Shown here: positions 1-8,983 of the stretch, one piece after another
How positions within the stretch are numbered: the stretch's first letter is position 1
How the letters are laid out: each line of letters opens with the position of its first letter
Source of the DNA: Gemmatales bacterium
GTDB taxonomy: Bacteria > Planctomycetota > Planctomycetia > Gemmatales > HRBIN36
Assembly: GCA_039809045.1 (NCBI GenBank)
Contig: JBDHUG010000012.1
Location: forward strand, 5,586-69,585
Length of the DNA stretch: 64,000 nucleotides
Direction of reading: 5' to 3'
Program-made: the position numbers and the translations under genes
The notes under the pieces: model-generated
Database searches by the model: none
What the model was told of the DNA's origin: nothing
The model's input: only the letters and a program-made list of their open reading frames with translations

Positions 1-474
1 ACAACAGCCGCCATCGGGTTGGCATGTTTTCCTGCCTTTTGCCTTTGGTTGTTTCAGCCCTATGTCATCGATTCGCGCTGGCAAGAAGTCGAGCAATGGG
101 TTCCCTCATTGCTCATTTTCATGGCCTTGTATACGTTCTTCGACTGCTTGTGCATTACCCTCGGATATGCTTTGCGCGGGGCAGGCGATACGCGATTCGT
201 TTCCACGGCTGCAGCCGTTATCGGAGGCGTCTTCCTGGTGCTTCCCGTTTTCCTCATCTGCCGATATCACTCTGACTTTTATTGGGCTTGGACTGCGGTC
301 ATCGTTTATTTGATGGCCCAAGCGGCTATCTTCCTGGCACGCTTCATCTGGGGTCCCTGGAGAACCATGCGGGTCATTGAACCGCTACCAAGCCGCAACG
401 GCGAGTTGACGATTGAACCGGAAAAGACGACTTCAACTTGCACATCGGCGATGACCGGGGATAATCTGTCTTGA
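1..474 (+). CDS. MATE-family efflux transporter, C-terminal fragment (5' end outside window)
   Basis: Frame 1 is open from nt 1 to the stop at 472-474. The product is almost entirely hydrophobic helices with an '...LRGAGDTRF...' loop typical of the second half of MATE/NorM transporters. The TTG start at 19 in the ORF track is a window-edge artefact. Confidence 0.6.
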   Translation, partial: TTAAIGLACFPAFCLWLFQPYVIDSRWQEVEQWVPSLLIFMALYTFFDCLCITLGYALRGAGDTRFVSTAAAVIGGVFLVLPVFLICRYHSDFYWAWTAVIVYLMAQAAIFLARFIWGPWRTMRVIEPLPSRNGELTIEPEKTTSTCTSAMTGDNLS

Positions 475-528
475 TGATACATTGCTCGATTTGTTAGCAC
501 CCATTCGGTCGCAACCCAAGAGTGCACT

Positions 529-999
529 ATGGATCATTCCGCTTTCATGGATCAAGCCATTGCCTTGTCTGGCCAAGCCATCCAAACAGGCATGGGCGGC
601 CCCTTCGGAGCCGTAATTGTGCAAGGCGAACAGATCGTTGCTGCCGCTCATAACGAAGTCCTTGCAACTCATGATCCCACTGCGCACGCAGAGGTCTTGG
701 CCATTCGCAGAGCAAGCAGAAACTTAGGCAAGCATGTATTGGATGATTGCGTCATCTACACGAGCTGCGAGCCTTGCCCGATGTGTTTAGGAGCAATCTA
801 CTGGTCGCGTATCAAGGCCATCTACTTTGCCAACAGCCGAGATGAAGCCGCTGCCATCGGCTTTGATGACGCCTTTTTCTACGAAGAAATGATGCGGACC
901 ATGGAGCAACGGCACATCCCCATGATCCGTGCCTGTAGTGCCAAAGCGAAAAAAGTGTTTGACGATTACCTGGCCATGCCCAGTCGTCAGATTTATTAA
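529..999 (+). CDS. guanine/nucleoside deaminase (CMP/dCMP deaminase zinc-binding fold)
   Basis: 156 aa with the zinc motifs HAE (..[10 protein letters not shown]..) and PCPMC (..[11 protein letters not shown]..). Size and layout resemble GuaD/TadA-type deaminases. Confidence 0.85.
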   Translation: MDHSAFMDQAIALSGQAIQTGMGGPFGAVIVQGEQIVAAAHNEVLATHDPTAHAEVLAIRRASRNLGKHVLDDCVIYTSCEPCPMCLGAIYWSRIKAIYFANSRDEAAAIGFDDAFFYEEMMRTMEQRHIPMIRACSAKAKKVFDDYLAMPSRQIY

Positions 1000-1946
1000 A
1001 CCGGGATCGCCGCTTGGTTGACCAGGTTCATGAAGTACTTGAGCGTACGGTTCAAGCCTTCAGCTCGCTTAATGACGGGTTCCCAGCCGAGCAATCCCCT
1101 AGCCAAGCTGATATCCGGCTGGCGCAGTTTAGGATCGTCCGCAGGCAAAGGACGAAACACGATTCGATTCTTGCCGCCTGTTAAGCGATTGATTTCCTCG
1201 GCAAATTGGAGAATGGTCACCTCATCCGGATTCCCCAAATTGACCGGCATGTGATAGTCTTTTTGCATCAAGCGAGCAATGCCCTCGACCAGGTCGTCCA
1301 CATAGCAAAAGCTGCGCGTTTGCGATCCATCGCCGTAGACCGTTAACGGTTCCCCGCGTAAAGCTTGCCCCATGAAGTTGGGGAGCACTCTACCATCATC
1401 CAGCCGCATACGCGGACCATAGGTATTGAAAATGCGAATGATTCGCGAGTCCACGTGATGGTGGCGATGATAGGCCATGGTGATGGCTTCGGCAAAACGT
1501 TTGGCTTCATCATAAACAGCCCGATAACCCACCGGGTTCACATGCCCCCAATAGTCCTCTCGTTGGGGGTGAATTTGCGGGTCACCATAGACTTCACTGG
1601 TAGAAGCCAGAAGAAACTTGGCCTTCTTCTCTTTGGCAAGTCCTAAAGAGTGATAAGTACCCAATGAGCCGACTTTCAGAGTTTGAATGGGAAATTTTAA
1701 ATAATCCACCGGGCTGGCCGGTGAGGCAAAATGCAGGACAAAATCGACAGGTCCATTGAGCTGAATAGGCTCGGAGATATCGTGATCGATCAAGGTAAAG
1801 CGCGGTGAATGCCTCAACCCTTCCAAATTTCTTTCCGAACCCGTGATAAAATTATCGACGGCTACAACATCATGGCCTTCAGATTCAAATCGTTCACATA
1901 AATGGGAACCGATAAATCCTGCTCCCCCGGTTATTACGAGTCGCAC
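996..1946 (-). CDS. UDP-glucuronate decarboxylase-like NAD-dependent epimerase/dehydratase (extended SDR)
   Basis: N-terminal Rossmann motif [11 protein letters not shown] and YxxxK catalytic motif (YDEAK). 316 aa. The start overlaps the rnd stop by 13 nt. Confidence 0.85.
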   Translation of the reverse strand: MRLVITGGAGFIGSHLCERFESEGHDVVAVDNFITGSERNLEGLRHSPRFTLIDHDISEPIQLNGPVDFVLHFASPASPVDYLKFPIQTLKVGSLGTYHSLGLAKEKKAKFLLASTSEVYGDPQIHPQREDYWGHVNPVGYRAVYDEAKRFAEAITMAYHRHHHVDSRIIRIFNTYGPRMRLDDGRVLPNFMGQALRGEPLTVYGDGSQTRSFCYVDDLVEGIARLMQKDYHMPVNLGNPDEVTILQFAEEINRLTGGKNRIVFRPLPADDPKLRQPDISLARGLLGWEPVIKRAEGLNRTLKYFMNLVNQAAIPV

Positions 1947-3229
1947 GTTGTTTGCTCCGATGAATTAGTCTGTGTATCTTCTTCAGTATAGCAAGGTGGC
2001 TTACTCTCGACAGTATCGGCTTGCTTTGGAGCCGAATGGAAGGGACTTACTTCATTGACATGAGCTAAGAATTCAATGGTCAGCTCAGAGACAGGCTGCT
2101 TCAGCCTCATAGCCAGTTTACCGCGTAGTACATTCTCAAGGATGGGCCGAATGTGCTGTGCGCGCCAGCCCCGCGCTAATGGCTGTTCGTCGGGCAACGG
2201 TCGATTTTTCAGAAAATGATGGGCCAACATCCGCAAATCACTGACATTGGCAATCATGTTGGGTGTGATACTCAGCACTTGTCCCAATTGCGTTAGAATG
2301 GCCTGCAACAATGGAACCAGCATGTTGAGCTGGGGCGGCTCAGGCTCCTTGATGGTACGCGAAGGCCATGAACTCGTCGGTGATTGACGGGTTTTACGAA
2401 TGACTTCGAGAATTTCACTCCAATCACGCTTGGCCAGCCCCCGGTAGCTGGCAAGCTCTTGCAATTGATGCGGCTCTCGTCGTGCGATTTCGACAAGGAT
2501 TTCATCCCGACAAATCACTCGGATGGGTTTCTGAAGCTCTTCTGCTCGAGCTTCCCGCCAGGCAAATAGATCGCGTGCGATCGCTAGTTGGCGCCCATTG
2601 AGCTTGCCTAGACCCGGAAGCTTGCGCCACCGTTCTAGAACGCGCTGATCGTCCATCACCAAGTGAATCAAACGCGCAAACTCTTCGTTGGCCCAAGGTA
2701 GCCTCTGTAGTTGGACTAGCTTCGATGCTAACTGCTCACGCAAGGGCAACAGGTAACGCACATCGTCAAATGCATAGCGGATTTGTGCATCCGTCAGTGG
2801 CCTTCGTCGCCAATCCGTCAGCGTTTCCGATTTCTGCAACTGCACGCCCATCAGTTCGCTGACTAAATTGGCGTGACTCATTGGGTAATTCAACCCGACC
2901 AAGCCGGCAGCCAACTGTACATCAAAGCATTGACCCGGCGGTTTTCCTGAAGCGACTTTACACAACCGCACTTCTTCACGTCCGGCATGGACCACAACAC
3001 AAGTATCAGGATGATTGACCAACTCCCAAAACTCGGACAATGGGCCGACCGATTGCGGGTCGATGAGATACAATGCTTCTGGCGTTGAGACTTGAATGAG
3101 ACAGAGGATCGGATGATAGGTCGTTTCGCCGACAAACTCTGTATCAAAGCCGAAGATCTTCGTTTGTAATAACTGACGACAAACGACTTTCAATTCATGA
3201 GGTTTTGTGACGATTTCTTCCCTGACCAT
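1934..3229 (-). CDS. rnd: ribonuclease D (DEDD 3'-5' exonuclease with HRDC-like region)
   Basis: Exo motifs FGFDTEF and YAFDDVRYL, followed by a helical HRDC-like segment. 431 aa with a low-complexity C-terminal tail. Confidence 0.85.
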   Translation of the reverse strand: MVREEIVTKPHELKVVCRQLLQTKIFGFDTEFVGETTYHPILCLIQVSTPEALYLIDPQSVGPLSEFWELVNHPDTCVVVHAGREEVRLCKVASGKPPGQCFDVQLAAGLVGLNYPMSHANLVSELMGVQLQKSETLTDWRRRPLTDAQIRYAFDDVRYLLPLREQLASKLVQLQRLPWANEEFARLIHLVMDDQRVLERWRKLPGLGKLNGRQLAIARDLFAWREARAEELQKPIRVICRDEILVEIARREPHQLQELASYRGLAKRDWSEILEVIRKTRQSPTSSWPSRTIKEPEPPQLNMLVPLLQAILTQLGQVLSITPNMIANVSDLRMLAHHFLKNRPLPDEQPLARGWRAQHIRPILENVLRGKLAMRLKQPVSELTIEFLAHVNEVSPFHSAPKQADTVESKPPCYTEEDTQTNSSEQTTCDS

Positions 3230-3334
3230 GCTGTTCCGTTCTGCTATCCTTTAGATGGCTTCGTATTCACCTGTGATTTACTTTATTCTACGGCACCAGG
3301 TCTTTCTTCTGAAGGTTTCTTGAACAGGAATTTG

Positions 3335-3622
3335 ATGTTCATGCCAGACGCACTCAACCTGCTGAGCAACTTGATTGGACAAGATGTGGTTGTGGACATG
3401 CGCAGCACATTTGTTTGTTTAGGCACATTGAAAACCGTGGATGACCGATGGTTCATTCTGACCGACGCTGACTTGCACGATCTCCGGGATACACCCACCA
3501 ATCGCGAAAACTATGTCGCTGAGTCCAAAATGACCGGCATTAAAAGGAATCGCACCGAAGTCTATCTCAACACCGCGGAAGTGGTAGCCGTGACCCGCTT
3601 CGATGATTTGATTGATGAATAA
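3335..3622 (+). CDS. small Sm-like (LSm-fold) candidate protein, function unknown
   Basis: I chose the ATG at 3335; the 3197 start would overlap the rnd start on the other strand. The 95-aa product shows an Sm1-like pattern (LxxLIGxxVVVxM....GTLxxVDD....LTDA) and a later beta-strand segment (VYLNTAEVVAVTRF). Confidence 0.5.
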   Translation: MFMPDALNLLSNLIGQDVVVDMRSTFVCLGTLKTVDDRWFILTDADLHDLRDTPTNRENYVAESKMTGIKRNRTEVYLNTAEVVAVTRFDDLIDE

Positions 3623-3703
3623 ACACTTGCCCATCGGCCAAAGGCAAGTTAGCATAAGCACGATTTCGTTTTGCCAGGTCAAAATCATCGAAGGGGTGCC
3701 TAC

Positions 3704-4168
3704 ATGGATGCTGAACGCCGATTGCAGGAAATGCATTTGATCTTACCCCCTGCACCTAAGCCCGTTGCGGTCTACCGTACAGCGGTGCCAGTGGGATCAT
3801 TGCTTTTTCTCTCCGGCCACGGCCCGCTGAAGGAAGACGGCCAATTGATTCTGGGCACCCTCGGCAGTGATTTGACGCTTGAACAAGGGTATCAAGCCGC
3901 CCGACAAACCGGACTGGCCATTTTATCCACACTCAAAAATCATTTAGGTTCGCTTAATCAAGTCAAGCGGCTTGTAAAAACGTTTGGCTTGGTGAATTGC
4001 ACTGCAGCCTTTAAGGATCAACCCAAAGTCATCAATGGCTTCTCTGAATTGATGGCTGAAATCTTTGGCAAGGAAGCTGGGATAGGCGCACGCTCGGCGG
4101 TGGGCGCCATCTCTTTGCCTGGTAACATGGCCGTTGAAATCGAATGCATCTTTGAAGTGGCGAACTAA
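3704..4168 (+). CDS. RidA/YjgF/UK114-family protein (reactive intermediate deaminase family)
   Basis: ATG at 3704. Family-like blocks include ...LFLSGHGP... and the C-terminal ...ARSAVGAISLPGNMAVEIECIFEV. About 154 aa. Confidence 0.8.
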   Translation: MDAERRLQEMHLILPPAPKPVAVYRTAVPVGSLLFLSGHGPLKEDGQLILGTLGSDLTLEQGYQAARQTGLAILSTLKNHLGSLNQVKRLVKTFGLVNCTAAFKDQPKVINGFSELMAEIFGKEAGIGARSAVGAISLPGNMAVEIECIFEVAN

Positions 4169-4197
4169 TCTGCACATGCGTTGGCTTGATTATGCCA

Positions 4198-5631
4198 TCA
4201 CGCCAGGAGTTCACTGGCGACACGTCCGCTGATGTCGGTCAGACGATAGTCCCTGCCTTGATGCCGAAACACAAGTTTGGTGTGATCCACACCCAGCAAA
4301 TGCAAGATGGTCGCCTGGAAGTCATGCACGTGAATGCCGCCATCGACCAGGTTGTAGCCAAAATCATCGGTTTGCCCATGGCATAAACCACCTTTGATGC
4401 CGCCGCCTGCCATCCATATCGAGAAACAGCGCGGATGGTGATCTCGGCCAAAATTGCCGGGGGATATTTTGCCTTGTGAATAAGCGGTTCGGCCGAACTC
4501 GCCACCCCAAATGACCAACGTATCGTCGAGCATGCCGCGTTGTTTCAGATCCCGAACGAGCGCGGCCGAGGCACGATCCGTTGTTTCACATTGTCGTTTG
4601 ATCTCGCTTGGCAAATTACCATGATGATCCCAATCGCGGTGGTAAAGCTGTATGTAACGTACCCCACGTTCCGCCAATCGCCGTGCAAGAAGACAATTGT
4701 TGGCATAACTGGCTTTCCCCGGCTCAGCACCATACATTTCTAAAACCTTGGCTGGTTCTTTCGACAAGTCCATAAGCTCCGGAACGCTGGTCTGCATCTT
4801 GAAGGCCATTTCATAGGAATTGATGCGTGTTGCAATATCCGGGTCACCGATTGCGTCTAACTGCAATCGGTTCAAAGCCTGTACGCCGTCGAGAATGTCC
4901 CGTCTGGTTTGTGCGTCCATGCCTTGTGGATTTTGCACGTACAGGACTGGATCGCCGCCCGAACGGAATTGCACTCCTTGATATTTACCCGGTAGGAAAC
5001 CATTGCCCCAATAGCGTGTCTGCAATGGCTGCCCGCCACCGCCCGATAATAGCACGACATATTCAGGCAAGTTTTTATTGACGCTGCCCAAGCCATAGGC
5101 CACCCAAGCCCCAACCGTTGGCCTGCCCGGTTGCTGGTTGCCGGTGAGCAAAAACGTAACGGCAGGATCATGGTTGATGGGTTCAGTATACATGGAGCGC
5201 ACGAGGCAAAGTTCGTCCATGATTTGCCCTGTGTGCGGAAGCATTTCGCTGATCAAGGTTCGCGCTTTGCCTTGCGGAACAAATTTGTGGGCTGGCCCAA
5301 CGAGCAACAGTTTATCTTGTCCAGAGGTCATGCCGGTGATGCGCTGGCCCTTGCGAATGGAGTCTGGCAATTCCTGGCCAGTTCGCTGGGTCAAAACAGG
5401 CTTGGGATCAAACAAATCCAAATGCGAAGGCGCCCCCGACTGGAACAGATAAATGACGCGTTTGGCTTTAGGTGCATGGTGCAAGCGATCCAAAATTCCA
5501 TGCGCTGCCAAAGGATCCGCGTTATCACCAGCCTGCAAGAGAGAAGTGAGTGCCAGGCTGCCCAGACAGGATGTGCTGTGGCGCAAGAACGTTCGCCGAT
5601 TCACCGCCCAAGTCCAATCGATCCATTTCAT
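4198..5631 (-). CDS. DUF1501 domain protein (sulfatase-fold, Tat signal)
   Basis: ATG at 5631 is preceded by AAGGA. Twin-arginine signal NRRTFLRH. It sits immediately downstream of a DUF1553 gene, the canonical pairing. Confidence 0.9.
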   Translation of the reverse strand: MKWIDWTWAVNRRTFLRHSTSCLGSLALTSLLQAGDNADPLAAHGILDRLHHAPKAKRVIYLFQSGAPSHLDLFDPKPVLTQRTGQELPDSIRKGQRITGMTSGQDKLLLVGPAHKFVPQGKARTLISEMLPHTGQIMDELCLVRSMYTEPINHDPAVTFLLTGNQQPGRPTVGAWVAYGLGSVNKNLPEYVVLLSGGGGQPLQTRYWGNGFLPGKYQGVQFRSGGDPVLYVQNPQGMDAQTRRDILDGVQALNRLQLDAIGDPDIATRINSYEMAFKMQTSVPELMDLSKEPAKVLEMYGAEPGKASYANNCLLARRLAERGVRYIQLYHRDWDHHGNLPSEIKRQCETTDRASAALVRDLKQRGMLDDTLVIWGGEFGRTAYSQGKISPGNFGRDHHPRCFSIWMAGGGIKGGLCHGQTDDFGYNLVDGGIHVHDFQATILHLLGVDHTKLVFRHQGRDYRLTDISGRVASELLA

Positions 5632-5662
5632 GCCTTGTTCCTTCAGCACATGCGCCTTTGCG

Positions 5663-8600
5663 TCAATTTTTGGTGATGGTCTCGTCCAAATTAAATAAGA
5701 GATTGGCAACTGCTGTCCAGGTTGCTAATTCAGATTCGTTGATGTCCTGAGGTAAAGGATACTCACCCACTTGAATCAATTGCTTCGCTCCCAGCTTATC
5801 GCTTTGCCATTTTTCAAGCTGTTTGTGATAAAAGCCGACGAGCAGCTTCAACTCCTCCGGGTTTGGCGGCCGGCTGGTGCATTGTGCGAAAGCGAAGGTC
5901 ATGCGTTTGGTAATGTTGTCCCCCCCTTCCTTGATGATCCGAGTGGCGAAGACGCGTGCGGCTTCAACAAATATCGGATCATTCATCAGCACCAAAGCCT
6001 GCAAGGGCGTGTTGGTCACCGGGCGACGATCGCAACAGATCTCACGATTGGGCGCATCAAAGGCCGTCATACTCGGATGAGGAGCTGAGCGTTTCCAATA
6101 CACATAAATACCGCGACGATACAGGTCGGACCCGTGACTTTGTTCATAGGTCTGCGCACTGAAGCCAGCTCCGAACGCCACTTGCTCCCACAAGCCAGCG
6201 GGCTGATAGGGTTTGATGCTGGGTCCGCCCATTTGTGGATTCAGCAGCCCACTGATGGATAAGGCCGCGTCACGAATCATTTCCGCACTTAGCCTTTGCC
6301 GCGGGCCACGCAGAAAGTAGCGATTGTTCGGATCAACGCTTAACATCAAAGGAGTCACTTTGGACTGCTGACGATACGTTGCCGAAGTGACCAGGTATTT
6401 GAGAATGGCTTTGATATCCCAAGGCCTATTGGCTCCCGAACCGTTGGGCCGAGGCGTTGGCTGCATCCATTCAGCAGCCAGCCAATCCAGCAGTTCCGGA
6501 TGGCTTGGCCAATCGCCTTGAGCACCAAATTCCTCCGTGGTTTTGACGATGCCATTGCCAAACAACTGTTCCCAATAGCGGTTCACGGTGACTCGGGCCG
6601 TCAATGGATTTTTGGGATCGACAAGCCAATGAGCCAAGTCGAGGCGATTGGCTGGTTTGGGTTCGGGCCACGGCAATAAGAACTGAGGCATCCCACCCTC
6701 AACTCTCTCGCCTTTCGCGCGGAAGTCGCCTCGGTTCAAGATGTGCGTCATACGCGGTTGCGGTAATTCAACCATCACCATGGTTGCTGGGATTAGCTTC
6801 TCCAAAGCCGTCATTTGCTCTCGTAGACGATCCTGCTCTTCAACCATGGGTTTAAAGCGTTCACGCGTATGTGGATGGATTCGCTGCAAGAAATACTCGC
6901 GCAAAGCCACGTTTTCTTGATCATTCCTTTGCTGTTGCTGTTTGCGCATGGCGGACAAGACGGCTGGCGGCAATTGACTTTGACGATTCATCGATTCCCA
7001 GCGTTGCCAAGCAGCAAAGGAGTCGAAGGTCGAATGTGCTTGAGGTAATTGACTTTGAATGCCCGCCCTATCCCAGGCAACCGTACCCCCAAATTGCGTG
7101 AAGGCCATGCCGCGCACACTTGAACCCGCTGCCAAACCAACCGCCTTTGCTGGCACTTGGATGCGAACCCATCGCCCCGGGGGGGGTAATGGACCAGCAT
7201 AGAAACGGCTCGGCGAACGCTCCTTGCCCCAAGGGATGTGGCTCTCGCCCCAATAGGCACGATGCTCCCAATGGCCATCGTTCCATTGCAGCATGATCTG
7301 TTTGGGCGGGTTTTGGGGATCGATATATACATAGGCAAATAACTGATCCCGTTGCCCGATGCGCAAGGGTGCATGTGCATTTTCAAAGAAATGTTGACTC
7401 AATCCTTGTGCCGTTCGAATCATGGAGCGTGTACCTGAGAAAATCTCCATTTCCTGGCGTGTTCGCCAATGCCAGCCAACTAATTCGCCTGCACTGTTGG
7501 CTTGTCCACCCGCGGGAACATCATCATCCACCCAGACGTATTCACGAAAGGGCAGCGACTGCCCTTCTTCCATTTCTGCAGGCCATGGGATCGACTTGAT
7601 TTCCTTATCCATCCGCGTTTGCAAATGTTCCACCTGTTGTGCAAGCGATTGCCGTTTTTCAACTTGATCGGGCGACGGCACTTTCAAACTGGGTACGGGG
7701 TTGCTTTGCTGTCCATCCAAACCGTTTTCGGGCACATTGTGAAAAACCGCATAGAGTCGGTAAAAATCACGCTGCGTAAATGGATCATACTTGTGATCGT
7801 GACACTCGGCGCAAGCCATGGTGCTACCGAGCCAGACCGTGGCGGTGGTATTGACTCGATCAACAATGTATTTGGTCAAGTATTCATCTGGATCTGCCCC
7901 GCCTTCGAAATTAACCATCACGTTGCGTTGGAAACCAGTGGCAACGCGCTGTTCCATCGTCGGATTCGGCAGCAAGTCACCTGCCAATTGCTCGATGGTA
8001 AATTGATCAAATGGCATGTTTTGATTGAGTGCTTGAATCACCCAATCACGCCATTTCCACATGTCGCGGTGATTGTCAATGTGGTAACCATTGGTGTCGG
8101 CATAGCGTGCCAAGTCGAGCCAATGAACAGCCCAGCGTTCGCCAAAACGGGGCGAAGCCAATAACCGATCCACCACCTTTTCATATGCGTTGGGAGATCG
8201 ATCTTGCAAGAATGCTTGAATTTCTTCTTGCGTAGGTGGCAGGCCGATCAAGTCGAACGTGACTCGACGAATCAATGTGGAGCGATCCGCTTCAGGGGAA
8301 GGCTTCCACCCACGCTTTTCCAGTTGGGCCAGGATGAAATAATCAATCCCGTTCTTAGGCCAGTCCATTTGCTTAACGTCTGGCAAGGTGCGCCGCTGAA
8401 CAGGCTGGTAAGCCCAATGTCCTTTCCAAGAAGCCCCTTGGACGATCCATTGTTTGAGCAAATGAATTTGTTCAGGCTTAAGCGGTTTGCCAAACTCCGG
8501 GGGCGGCATGCGTTCAGCATCATCCTCACTGCTGATGCGCAGCCACAATTCCGATTTTTCCAGATCATGCGGCACCAATGCATGATGGCCTGATTGCAAT

Positions 8601-8842
8601 GCTGATAGTGCCGACTCGCTTTGATCAAGTCTTAAACCTGCTTTGCGTTTTTTTTCATCTGGGCCATGGCAAGCATAACAGTGATTTGACAACACGGGAC
8701 GAATATCGCGGTTATAATCAACCTTGGTCGTTGGCGATTGTGAAGGAGCATCCTCAGATGCAATCGTCATGCCTGAAAGGGGCAGACTGGCACCGAGGAT
8801 TGCAATACCGATAACTGTGAGTACACAAAGCAATCGTTGCAT
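5663..8842 (-). CDS. PSCyt1 (planctomycete cytochrome c) / DUF1549 / DUF1553 protein
   Basis: Signal peptide, a single CxxCH (CYACHGPDEKKRKAGLRLD), a DUF1549-like block (..IRRVTFDLIGLPPTQEEIQAFL..) and a DUF1553-like C-terminal part. 1059 aa. Confidence 0.9.
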   Translation of the reverse strand: MQRLLCVLTVIGIAILGASLPLSGMTIASEDAPSQSPTTKVDYNRDIRPVLSNHCYACHGPDEKKRKAGLRLDQSESALSALQSGHHALVPHDLEKSELWLRISSEDDAERMPPPEFGKPLKPEQIHLLKQWIVQGASWKGHWAYQPVQRRTLPDVKQMDWPKNGIDYFILAQLEKRGWKPSPEADRSTLIRRVTFDLIGLPPTQEEIQAFLQDRSPNAYEKVVDRLLASPRFGERWAVHWLDLARYADTNGYHIDNHRDMWKWRDWVIQALNQNMPFDQFTIEQLAGDLLPNPTMEQRVATGFQRNVMVNFEGGADPDEYLTKYIVDRVNTTATVWLGSTMACAECHDHKYDPFTQRDFYRLYAVFHNVPENGLDGQQSNPVPSLKVPSPDQVEKRQSLAQQVEHLQTRMDKEIKSIPWPAEMEEGQSLPFREYVWVDDDVPAGGQANSAGELVGWHWRTRQEMEIFSGTRSMIRTAQGLSQHFFENAHAPLRIGQRDQLFAYVYIDPQNPPKQIMLQWNDGHWEHRAYWGESHIPWGKERSPSRFYAGPLPPPGRWVRIQVPAKAVGLAAGSSVRGMAFTQFGGTVAWDRAGIQSQLPQAHSTFDSFAAWQRWESMNRQSQLPPAVLSAMRKQQQQRNDQENVALREYFLQRIHPHTRERFKPMVEEQDRLREQMTALEKLIPATMVMVELPQPRMTHILNRGDFRAKGERVEGGMPQFLLPWPEPKPANRLDLAHWLVDPKNPLTARVTVNRYWEQLFGNGIVKTTEEFGAQGDWPSHPELLDWLAAEWMQPTPRPNGSGANRPWDIKAILKYLVTSATYRQQSKVTPLMLSVDPNNRYFLRGPRQRLSAEMIRDAALSISGLLNPQMGGPSIKPYQPAGLWEQVAFGAGFSAQTYEQSHGSDLYRRGIYVYWKRSAPHPSMTAFDAPNREICCDRRPVTNTPLQALVLMNDPIFVEAARVFATRIIKEGGDNITKRMTFAFAQCTSRPPNPEELKLLVGFYHKQLEKWQSDKLGAKQLIQVGEYPLPQDINESELATWTAVANLLFNLDETITKN

Positions 8843-8983
8843 TGATCCTCCTGAGCAGAGGCGGTCTTGATTAGCCCATGGTTGGCCGAAGGGCTGTCAC
8901 TAAAGGTAGGAATGCAGCGTCCTTACCATCCTAATCAATCTCGATTCGGATGGAATAGCAAAATAGGCGAAAGGCATTGAACC

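Noticed and set aside
3197-3334. Longer N-terminus (start at 3197) for the Sm-like ORF
   Set aside because: It would overlap the rnd start codon region on the opposite strand and adds a Cys/Phe-rich segment with no resemblance to the rest of the protein. I preferred the ATG at 3335.
7502-8164. 220-aa plus-strand ORF inside the DUF1553 gene
   Set aside because: It is antisense to a well-supported 1059-aa gene and has no RBS or motifs.
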